From: Candidatus Altimarinota bacterium
GTDB taxonomy: Bacteria > Patescibacteriota > Gracilibacteria > BD1-5 > UBA2023
Assembly: GCA_041779175.1 (NCBI GenBank)
Contig: JBHBSX010000040.1
Span: 1 to 30,297, forward strand
Reading direction: 5' to 3'
DNA: 30,297 nt
In this document: positions 19,477-29,046 of the stretch, one piece after another
Layout: each line of letters starts with the position of its first letter
Numbering within the stretch: the stretch's first letter is position 1
The notes under the pieces: generated by a model
Database searches by the model: none
What the model was told of the DNA's origin: nothing
What the model saw: the letters and a program-made list of their open reading frames with translations, nothing else
Position numbers and translations under genes: made by a program

Positions 19477-21879
19477 ATGCAAATGTCACAATTTGAGGTA
19501 TATATGCTTCGCTTGAAGCGATATTTTAAAAACCTCGATAGAATCGGAAAAATGTGGTATGTTATAGGAGCATTTTCATTGGTGCTTATTATGACATTAT
19601 TTTCTTTTACTGTTATCAATCATAGTTTTTATACAGAATTGGCAGCGAAACTGCAAAAAACCACGGTTTCAAATGCGGTTTCTCGTGGGACAATTTCTTC
19701 GAGCGAAGAATCTATTGCGGGGACAGTGGCGGTTTCAACGGATTTGGGAACTCTAGCTATTGATCCAACGCAGTCATGATCTACAGTGAAATTGCTTGAC
19801 ATGCTAGGAAATGCTGTGATGAATGAGTTCTGTACGCATAATGCGCATGAAGAATGTGTGCAGAAAATCGGATTATATGTGCGAGATGAAACATTGGTAA
19901 ATAATGCAGCCATTACAAAAGATCAACTCAATGAACGTGTGAAAACATATTTGCAAGAAAGAATGTCAGCGCCAGTGGAAAGTGTGTTTATTGAGGAAAA
20001 TCTGTGAGATGAGGCAATTCGTCAGATCAATGATCTCAATGATCCGGCATTGTTTTTTTCTTCTAATAATCTTTATGTGAATCCAACTTTGGTAAAAAAT
20101 GCTGATGATCTATCAAATAAATTGGCAAAAATTTTAAATAAAAATGCTGAAGAAATATCACCAAAAATGGTGATTCGTCCAAAGCGTTATCTGGAAGTGA
20201 TTCGTAAAATGAGTATTTCAACACGTAATCTAGTGGAAGAGTCTTTGGAAAAAAATATAAAAATCACATCAGAAGCTATCAAAAGCGCGAGAGATCAGGT
20301 TTCGAGTACAGAAGAAAAGGATGCTGCAAGAAAAACGGCTATTATGGAGCATGCGATTTACCCTTTTGTAACCATTACTCCGAATCCTGTTCGGTATTAT
20401 CCTGAAGGGGCTTCTATGGGGCAAATTACGGGTTATGTGGATGCGGCTGGAGTTGGGCATTATGGTGTGGAATGATATTTTGAAGAAGCATTGCAGGGAG
20501 ATACTCCAACGCAAGTGATTACTAAAGATATCAAGTGACGTCCTCTGCGTGACTATACGTCCAGCGGTGCTCTCACTATGAAAAATGGTGTTGATATTAC
20601 ACTGACTATTGACAGAAATATTCAAAAAGAAATTTCAAAAATTCTTGAAAGAAATGTAAAAAATTTCCGTGCAAATCGCGGAAGTGTGGTGGTAACTGAT
20701 CCAAAAACTGGTGCTATTCTCGCAATGGCTAATTATCCAAACTATGATCCGAATCAGTTTACTGCGGTTGGAGAATTGGAGCCAGTATTGTATCAGGATT
20801 ATAAAAATCCAGCCTATGATCTTTTTGGATATCCTATGTTTGTGGTAGATTCACAAAATGGAACTATTTCACACAATATTGATGGAAAACTCATGAAATT
20901 GCGTCCAGCAACGGATGATGAAATTGGTAATTCTGCTATTCAAAAATTTAAATACAAAAATGGATTTGGTGCGGGAAATTATCAAAATAGTGTAATATCA
21001 GCATTGTATGAACCGGGATCGGTATTTAAAGCCATAACGGTGGCTATTGGTCTTGATACTGGGGAAATCAAGCCAACACAAAGTTATTATGATAGAAACT
21101 CGGTGACTATTGAATATGGTGGTGGCGCAAAAACCGTTATTAACAACTATTCAAAGGCTCGTTGTGGCGGTTGGCATACATATACTTACGGACTGAATTG
21201 GTCGTGTAATGTTGGTATGATTGATATTGTAGAAAAAGTTGGTCGTTCACTATTTGATTCTTATGTTCGTAATTTTGGTTTTAGTGCCAAGACAAATGTA
21301 ACCATGGATGGTGAGGTATTTGCACAAATTGCTCCATATGACAAGTGGTCACGTGCACGATTTTTTACTATGTCATTTGGGCAAGGTATCAGTGTAACTA
21401 TGCTTCAAATGGCTGCCGCCTATAATGCACTTGCAAATGGTGGTATATATATGCAACCATATATTGTAGAAAAAACAGTATATCCAAATGGAAAAGAAGT
21501 AAAAACAGTTCCAGTTCCTGTTCGCCGTGTTATTAAGGAGGAAACTTCCAAAACTATTACTGCTATGCTGGTGGATGGTGCCAAAAATGGTTATGCCGCT
21601 TCTGGTGCGGTTCCATGATATTCTATGGCAGGAAAAACAGGAACTGCACAGATTCCATATAAAGGAACATATGAAAACTTGTATTTTAATATGGCGGTTG
21701 GTCATACAGTAACGTCTTATGGTGGATATGCTCCTGCATATAATCCAAAATTTGTTATGATTGTAATGCTTGAGCGTCCGAGAACATCGGCAGATTCAGA
21801 AAAAACCGCTTCCTTTCTCTATAAAGAAATTGCTGAATATCTGCTCACATACTATAAAGTGCCAAAATGGCAAGAATAA
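19477..21879 (+). CDS. Class B penicillin-binding protein (FtsI/PBP2 family), 800 aa
   Basis: N-terminal TM, RYYP, [G]VE[G]Y, LTID, EPGSVFK (SxxK), WSCN (SxN) and AGKTGTAQ (KTG). Single frame with TGA=Gly. Confidence 0.93.
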
Positions 21880-21904
21880 AATCCCTATAATAAGGGATTT
21901 TATT
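21875..21904. terminator. Bidirectional terminator overlapping both stop codons
   Basis: AATAAAATCCCT-ATAATA-AGGGATTTTATT. Contains the PBP TAA (21877-21879) and the M48 TAA (21902-21900). Confidence 0.85.
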
Positions 21905-22721
21905 TATCTTCTGATATGCTCATTTTGTATTCCTCCCAGTTAAAAGGCGTACATGATTTGTCTGGATTTTTATTTTCTGTTTTGAGATTTTCAAGACGAA
22001 TAGCCGTGTCAGGATGAGTGGAGATAATGCTGGTATACTTTTCAAAGCCATGAGAATTTTCTTCAAAAAATCGTGTTGCGCACGCACTATTGAGCCCAAG
22101 GCTATCAAGGAGATTTTGTCAGCTTTTATCAGCTTCAAATTCTGCTTCTCGACTCAAATATGTCATAATATATTCTTCGGCACGAATAGCATCAGAATTG
22201 AGTCAAAGCATTTCGAGAGTTACTTTGATAGGCATGGAACGAGCCAATGAACGCAAAACATCACGGTTTTGTATATGGCCCATTTCATGTCCCAAGATAA
22301 AAAGAATTTCTTCTTCATTTTTTGCTTGGGAAAGTAGAGTATCAGTGATAGTTATTCTTCCACCTATCATAGCATAAGCATTTTCTATAGAAGATTCTTC
22401 TATATATACTTCTTCAAAAAGTTGTAGTATTTCGTCTTTTTTCTCATGATTTTTGAGAGTTTGAAAGTTTTTTAAAGAAAATTTTTCTTCATTTTCTTCT
22501 TCAAAAATTTTTCAAAAAATTGCCTTTTCTGTAGGTATGTCAATATATTTTACAATAATATCAGCAAAGAATCGTGCTCATAAAAATCATATAACCGCAA
22601 TTATAATGATGATTATCAGACTTTTTCCAAGCCATTTGAGTGCTGGCTTTTTGGGTGTGATATGGTCTTCCTCTGTGGTTTCTATAGGAAGTTCGATTTT
22701 TTTAATTTCTGTGTTTTTCAT
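21900..22721 (-). CDS. M48 family metallopeptidase, 273 aa; absent from the ORF track
   Basis: N-terminal TM, ENAYAMIGG, GHEMGH (HExxH), SREAEFEAD and STHP. Confidence 0.9.
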
Positions 22722-22812
22722 GTTTTTACTATAAAATTTTTTAAAAAATTTTCAAGATTTTTTTGATTTTTTCATAAAAATATTATAATAAAAATAATTT
22801 TAAAAATTTTTT

Positions 22813-25170
22813 ATGAATACAGAAAAACTTCTTAAACCTCAACAAAAAAGTTTTGTCTTTTTTGGAGTTTTTTCCTTTATATTCACGCTCATCGTTCTAT
22901 TTTCTTTAGTGAATATTCCTTTGCTTTTTATGGCAGAGTCTTTTGAGTGAAAGGATTTAATTGTGGGAATTTCAGTGCTGGTTCTTTTTTGTTTATTGTG
23001 ACTAGCATTTTGGTGGACAAAATCAACATTTCAAAAAGAAGAATATGAATTTTTTGATGATAAAATTATTATTCGTCGCGGAACGCCTATTTCGAGTGAT
23101 TCCACGGAGATTTATTTTGACAAAATTACGCAACTTTCTTTGATTCTTGGTTTTTGGCAGAATTTGCTTTTTAAAACGGGAGATATAGTGATTTCAACAG
23201 GGGCTATGGGAAGTGTGGTGCTTCGTGAAATGGATATGCCGAGAGAAATTTTTGAAAAAATTCAGATTTCTATGAAACAAAATGGCTTTCATATGAAACA
23301 AGATACTTTGGTGCAAGATGCTCGTCCACATATGCTTGCCATTTTTATGGAAGTGCTTTCATATATGGCGTCGACTTTTATTTTCTTGTTGTATATGGTT
23401 TCGGTTGCTGGTTCAAAATTGTATGAACAAGGAGATAAAATTTGGGATTATAGTCCTTTATTGTTTATGATTATTGGAGCGGGAATAGTGCTTGCTATTA
23501 TTTCTCTTGTGTTGAAATTTTTGGATTTAAAACAACGACAATATCGAGTGTTTACTGATTCTATTGTGTATGAAGAATGATTTTTGACAAAACATTTTTC
23601 TATTCTTCCTATGGAAAAAGTGGCCGATACGGAAAATGCTCAGGGATTTTTTGCAAAAATTTTTGGACTTCATGATATTATTGTTTCATCAGAATGAAGT
23701 TCGAATAAAGTGATTTTCAAAAATATGATTGATGGTGAATTGATGCTCAAAAACATCAAATACCTCAAAGATGCTATCATTATGTCTCCAAAGCAACATA
23801 CAGAAAAGTCGGAAACTGCTGATGATATTGTTGGTTATGTCAATGTGGTTGATACGCCATTTGAATATAATAAGGATTTTGTTGGTGAATATTCTCCGAA
23901 TGTTGGTCGTTCATTCATTGGAATGTTTACATTAATGATTGTAGCTTTTGTGGCTTCTGTAGAGATATTCTGGTCTTATGAAGGTGATTTTGTATCGGCT
24001 TTTGTGGCTATTGCTTGGATTGCATTTTACTATGCCAAAGATATTATTGCCACTTTTGTTACAAAATATTCTATAACATCATCAACTATTGAATCACGAT
24101 TTACATTTTTATCAAATCAGCATTCAACATTTTCTGTAGAAAAAATCACTCGTGTGGATTTTCGAACCAATCCTATAGATAAAATTTTTGGAACTATGAC
24201 AGTGGTGTTTACGTCTATTGGTTCGTCTCGAAAAATTATTTTCCGTCACATTAAAAATTCAGAAAATCTTAAAAAGAATATTCTTGAAAAAATTGGAATT
24301 TATGAGGATTCTGAAGGTGATGTGATTCCTGTGGATTTTAGTTTTGTCAATTATATCAAGGCGCATCTTTTTGCAACGATTTTTTCTTTGTGAATTATTT
24401 TGTTGTTTGCATTTCCGTATTCAAAAATATTTTATTCAAAGCGTTTTTATGAAAATATTTTGCATAAAAATTTTGTAAAAAGTCGCTATAATATTATTTT
24501 TTGGACAGAAAGATATGCACTTTTGGAAAATATAAAATGACTGCGCGCGCAAAAATATTTTGCCACAGAAACGGGGGAAATATTGCTTTCTATTGCTAGC
24601 AATCAAGAAATTCCTAATGAAAATTCTCAAAAAAATAATTCTTTTAAATTTTTTTCGGGTATTCGTATTGCCTATGTTCCAAAGGTTTTTGAATTTATGG
24701 ATTCTCTGGATTCTCAAATGCTTGGAAGTGAACTACAGTCAGAAAATATCATAACTTCACCACGTTCTATCAAAAATACTCTTATTTCTCTGTGTATTGT
24801 TTTATTGATTATTATCGGTGCTTGTGTAATGATTTTTGGTGCTGAATATAAACAATATATTATTCTTGCAGGTATTCCATTATTTTTGATTTTTGCTGTG
24901 ATTGTCTGGAGTGTTTCTCGCTATCGATATGCTTTGCAGGGTTCAAGGATTTTTGTTCAGTATGGAATTGTGTATTATATTCGTGAAACGGTTTTGTATT
25001 CAAAAGTGAATTTTGTAAATAAATCCCAGAATTTTATTTCAAAAATTTGTAAAAATGGAAATATTTCTATTTTTACGCTTGGAAGTTCGTCAACAGATAT
25101 GCAACTTTCTGATGTTGATAATTATTCTGAATTGTATGAAATACTAAAGTGAAAGATAAAATCAAAATAA
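22813..25170 (+). CDS. Multi-pass membrane protein with about 5 bacterial PH (bPH_2, YdbT-like) repeats, 785 aa
   Basis: Repeating unit of a TM hairpin followed by Y.F/V.....I....G...KI/V......Q......IFG.G.I...S.G. Single frame from ATG 22813 to TAA 25168-25170. Confidence 0.8.
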
Positions 25171-25202
25171 ATAAATCCCTCAATCGAGGGATTTATTTAT
25201 TT
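25165..25202. terminator. Bidirectional terminator
   Basis: 17-bp perfect inverted repeat AAATAAATAAATCCCTC-AATC-GAGGGATTTATTTATTT containing both TAA stops. Confidence 0.85.
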
Positions 25203-25921
25203 TTCAGACAAAAAATCCATTCCTGATTTCAGGCCTCGCCAATAAGCGTGGATTTTTCTTGATAAAGAATATTTATATTTTCATTTTTCAAAAAATTTTC
25301 AAAATTTTTGAGAGATTCTTGAATAATATTTTCATTTTTTGGAACGCCGTTTTTGTTTAAAAATTCTTTGCCTACTTCGAATTGTGGCTTAAACAAAAGA
25401 ATAAAAATAGTATGTTCCGATGAAAGATTTTTTATAGCGTCAAAAATTTTTGTCAAAGAAATAAAACTCGCATCACACACAATAAAATCATATTTTTTCT
25501 GACTTTGAAAGTCTCTGATATCAGTATTTTCAAAAGAAAAAACTCGCGGATGTTGTCTGAGGATTTCAGCAAGTTGTGAACTGCCCACATCAACGCTGTC
25601 AACTTCCTTCGCGCCCAATTCCACAAGAACCTGAGTGAATCCGCCCGTGGAAGCGCCCACATCAAGGCAAATGGCGTTTTGTACTTGTTCTTGCAAATCA
25701 CGATGATTTTCGAGAAAACCAAAAAGTTTCTCAGCGCTGCGAGAAACCCAATGAATTCGCCTGTCTTCAAGAATGTGAATAGTGTCATTTTCGCTGATTT
25801 TTTGGCTGGTTTTGGTGGCAACAACATTGTTGACGAGTACAAGTTCGGATTCTATGAATTGTTGCGCTTTATTGCGCGAAAAACCATATTTTTCAGCAAG
25901 AATCTTATCGAGACGAGACAT
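25193..25921 (-). CDS. tlyA: TlyA family rRNA 2'-O-methyltransferase, 242 aa
   Basis: S4 domain RLDKIL...SRNKAQ, VSRSAEKL, LDVGASTGGFT, DASFISL, LFKPQFEVG and [G]NQE. Confidence 0.93.
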
Positions 25922-26079
25922 AAATTATGAATTAAAAAGAAACCTTACAAGATTTAAATATTTTCCCAATTTTTTCAAAAAATTCTTGCGAAATAATTTT
26001 ATATTGAAAATTTATTTAAAAAATGAGTTTTTTCGAATTTTAAATAATGATGTATAGTGTTTTTAAATCTTTTTTCATT

Positions 26080-26610
26080 TTATTTTCCAATAAATTCTTC
26101 AATTTTTTCTTGTGCAATAGGGAAAAATTGAGTAGAGAGAATCTCTATTTCATTATTTGCAAATTTACTCAAAACCCAATCCGCAACGGACATAAACTCG
26201 TGGCGACCAATTCCGATTTTGAGGCGAGTGAATTGATCAGTGCCAAGTTTGGCGATAATATCACGAAGGCCGTTTTGACCGCCATGACTTCACTTGTCGC
26301 GAAGGCGAATTTTGCCAAATTCCATATCAATATCATCAGAAATCACAAGAATATTTTCAAGTGGAATTTTGTAAAAATTCACTAATTGCGAGATAGAATT
26401 GCCTGAGAGATTCATAAAGGTTGTGGGCTTGGCAATAATAATTTTTTCTCATCAAATCGTTCCTTCCGATATGAGAGCCGAGAATTTGGAATCAGTAAAA
26501 TCTGTGAAATTCCAATTTTTTTGCAAAAAATCCGCACACAAAAAACCGACATTGTGTCGAGTTTTGGAATATTTTTCGCCGATGTTTCCGAGTCAGATAA
26601 TAAGTTTCAT
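26080..26610 (-). CDS. pth: Peptidyl-tRNA hydrolase, 176 aa; absent from the ORF track
   Basis: MKLII[G][31 protein letters not shown], [G]SHGGQNG and RLKIGIG. Confidence 0.96.
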
Positions 26611-26622
26611 AGTTTTTTGGAG

Positions 26623-26690
26623 ATTTTACAAGAAATACAAGAATTGTCAAAGGAAAATTTTTGACAAAAATTTATAAAATATGCTACAAT
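26623..26690. promoter_or_regulatory. Back-to-back divergent promoters (pth / secreted protein-pilT)
   Basis: Minus strand: TTGACA (26650-26645)-16-TAAAAT. Plus strand: TTGACA (26661-26666)-18-TACAAT, with TG upstream of the -10. Confidence 0.55.
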
Positions 26691-26724
26691 GAACTTGTTA
26701 TATTTTTAATTTTAGTATAGTTTT

Positions 26725-27918
26725 ATGAAAAAACAAGCTTTAAAAACAGGCCTTTCTCTGCTGTTGATTGTAAATATTTTGTCTTCTGCAACTTTGATAG
26801 CATCGGCCGAAGATATTTCTGAAAACACTGAAAATTCTCAAGAAGTTGTCACTCTTGAATCGAGCTCTGATAATCAAAGTGATACATCAACCCAAGAAAC
26901 AACATCAGTCCAAGAAACAACGCCAGTCCAGGTTTTGTCTTCCGCTCCCGAAGATCAAGTAGTACACAATGCGCCAATAACTCCTTCGGAAACAATTGCA
27001 AAGCAAAATTCTATTGATACGTGGAAAATGCTCCATTGTCAAATTCTTGCACAAGGATTTATTTGGGCAAGACCAACAAGTGATTATCTATCAAAGGCAC
27101 AATGTGATGGAAAGGATGTGGGAACATCGTCTTTGCTTTTGGAACAACGCCAGCGAGTCATTGACTTTTTGCGACAAAATCCAGCACAAACAACAAGTCA
27201 ATCAGATATTTTTGATGAAAAAACTTTTCGAGCATATGGAGAGCGTATTCAAAAAAATATAGAATATGAAAAAAAGGATAAAAATGCTTTTGTTTGGTCT
27301 GAATTGATGGAAGATAATAATAATTTTTTAAAAAATCATCCAAATCTCCCAAATCACAATAAGGAAGCATTGGTATTTTCATTGATGAGAGAGAAAATCG
27401 GTATTCCATTTTCAGAATTTAAACAAATTGCTGCTCAAAGAAATTTGGCAGAAATTCAAAAAGTGCTAAATAAGTATTCCGAAGTACATATTGATGATAT
27501 TGCTTTTTTAAGCTCAATTCATAATCTTGATCAGATTAATATAGCAAAAAAATCTTCAATAAAAGGAGTGGATATATATTCTTCGGCTAATATTGCTCCA
27601 CTAACAAAAGAGGGAAAAAATATGGCAGTATCTATGTATGATGTAGAGTTAAAAAATGCTCCACGTTGGATCACGCTTTCGGTTTCAGAAAATGCTGTTC
27701 GTGAGAACTTTACTATGACGGTTTTAGAATCACAAATCAATTTTTCAGAAACTATTCCTTCGGAATTTCAAATTGTACTTACAAACAAAATAACAAGAAA
27801 AAAATTTGAAAAAAATGTAAAAATTGTTGTTCGTGATGAAAGTTCAACAAATAATGTGAATGAATTTACGCTTTCGCAATTTACGCTTGCAATTATTCAA
27901 TACTTGACCTCTAAATAA
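26725..27918 (+). CDS. Hypothetical secreted protein, 397 aa
   Basis: Signal peptide ending ASA, S/T/E/Q-rich linker with an 18-bp tandem (26893-26928), helical middle and beta-rich C-terminus. Confidence 0.8.
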   Translation: MKKQALKTGLSLLLIVNILSSATLIASAEDISENTENSQEVVTLESSSDNQSDTSTQETTSVQETTPVQVLSSAPEDQVVHNAPITPSETIAKQNSIDTWKMLHCQILAQGFIWARPTSDYLSKAQCDGKDVGTSSLLLEQRQRVIDFLRQNPAQTTSQSDIFDEKTFRAYGERIQKNIEYEKKDKNAFVWSELMEDNNNFLKNHPNLPNHNKEALVFSLMREKIGIPFSEFKQIAAQRNLAEIQKVLNKYSEVHIDDIAFLSSIHNLDQINIAKKSSIKGVDIYSSANIAPLTKEGKNMAVSMYDVELKNAPRWITLSVSENAVRENFTMTVLESQINFSETIPSEFQIVLTNKITRKKFEKNVKIVVRDESSTNNVNEFTLSQFTLAIIQYLTSK

Positions 27919-27919
27919 A

Positions 27920-28972
27920 ATGAATCAACAAAAATTTCTTTCCCTCGTTGATGAGGTAATTAATAATAAGATTTCTGACTTGCATCTTGGTAGTAATGAA
28001 TGTCCATATATCCGTAATAAAACGGGTGATATTGCACCTGTGGAACAGTATGGAAAAATAACTCATGAGGAAATACTGGAGATTGCAACAATGCTTTTGG
28101 GACATCCTTTTGAGGATAATACCAATGATGTGTCTTTTGCTCATAAAGGAAGTCGTTTTCGTGTAAATATTTCACGTACCATTACGGGTATTACCATTGC
28201 CTTTCGTACCATTCCTTCCATTATTCCAGAAGCCTCGGAAATTCTACTTCCAAATAGCTTATTGGAAGTAACAAAAGGAAATAAGGGAATTATTCTTGTA
28301 ACTGGTCCGACTGGTTCTGGAAAGTCAACAACCATGGCGACAATGTTGGAATACATCAATCGCACTATGCGTCGTCATATTATTACATTGGAAGATCCTG
28401 TAGAATTTGTATATCAGAATAAGTTGTCACTTATTCATCAAAGAGAATTGGGAAAGCAATTTGATAGTTTTTCTAATGGTATTCGTTCTATTCTTCGTGA
28501 AGATCCTGATGTAATTGTTATTGGTGAAATGCGTGATTTGGCAACTATTGAAGCAGCAATCTCGCTTGCAGAAACGGGGCATATTGTGTTCTCAACATTG
28601 CATACCAATGATACAGTACAGACGGTTGATCGTATTGTTCAGTCATTTCCAGCTAATATGCAGAATCAAATTCGTATGCAGCTCGGACTTACTATGAAAG
28701 CTATTGTTTCGCAAATTCTCCTTCCAAAAAAAGATGGAACTGGTCGTGTGGTAGCTCGTGAAATTATGTTCAATAATGATTCTATTCGCAATTTGATTAT
28801 GCGTGGAGAAACTCAACACCTGTATTCAACACTGGAAATTTCCAAACAAGACAATATGATTCTTATGGATGAATCATTACAAAGACTTGTAGAATCTGGG
28901 CAAATTTCAAAAGAAGTTGCCAAACATAGTATGCGCGATGCGTCTCGACTTGATATGTTTAAAAATAACTAA
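27920..28972 (+). CDS. pilT: Type IV pilus retraction ATPase PilT/PilU
   Basis: SDLHL, GPTGSGKST, EDPVE, LREDPDVIVIGEMRD, STLH and IRNLI. Confidence 0.95.
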   Translation: MNQQKFLSLVDEVINNKISDLHLGSNECPYIRNKTGDIAPVEQYGKITHEEILEIATMLLGHPFEDNTNDVSFAHKGSRFRVNISRTITGITIAFRTIPSIIPEASEILLPNSLLEVTKGNKGIILVTGPTGSGKSTTMATMLEYINRTMRRHIITLEDPVEFVYQNKLSLIHQRELGKQFDSFSNGIRSILREDPDVIVIGEMRDLATIEAAISLAETGHIVFSTLHTNDTVQTVDRIVQSFPANMQNQIRMQLGLTMKAIVSQILLPKKDGTGRVVAREIMFNNDSIRNLIMRGETQHLYSTLEISKQDNMILMDESLQRLVESGQISKEVAKHSMRDASRLDMFKNN

Positions 28973-28999
28973 AAAACTTCGCTTTTTGTGAAGTTTTTT
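28971..28999 (+). terminator. Hairpin directly at the pilT stop
   Basis: AAAAAACTTC-N9-GAAGTTTTTT. Confidence 0.6.
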
Positions 29000-29016
29000 A
29001 AAAAATTTTTTTAAAA

Positions 29017-29046
29017 AATAAAATCCCATTTTTATGGGATTTTATT
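29017..29046. terminator. Bidirectional terminator (AATCCC family)
   Basis: AATAAAATCCCAT-TTTT-ATGGGATTTTATT. The stop of the convergent gene lies in the loop. Confidence 0.8.

Noticed and set aside
820-25152. Apparent pseudogenes, frameshifts or selenoproteins at in-frame TGA
   Set aside because: All fragments stay in one frame and TGA falls at conserved Gly positions. Genome-wide recoding explains them.
26893-26928. 18-bp tandem duplication (QETTSV/QETTPV)
   Set aside because: Two copies in a linker; a common slippage product.
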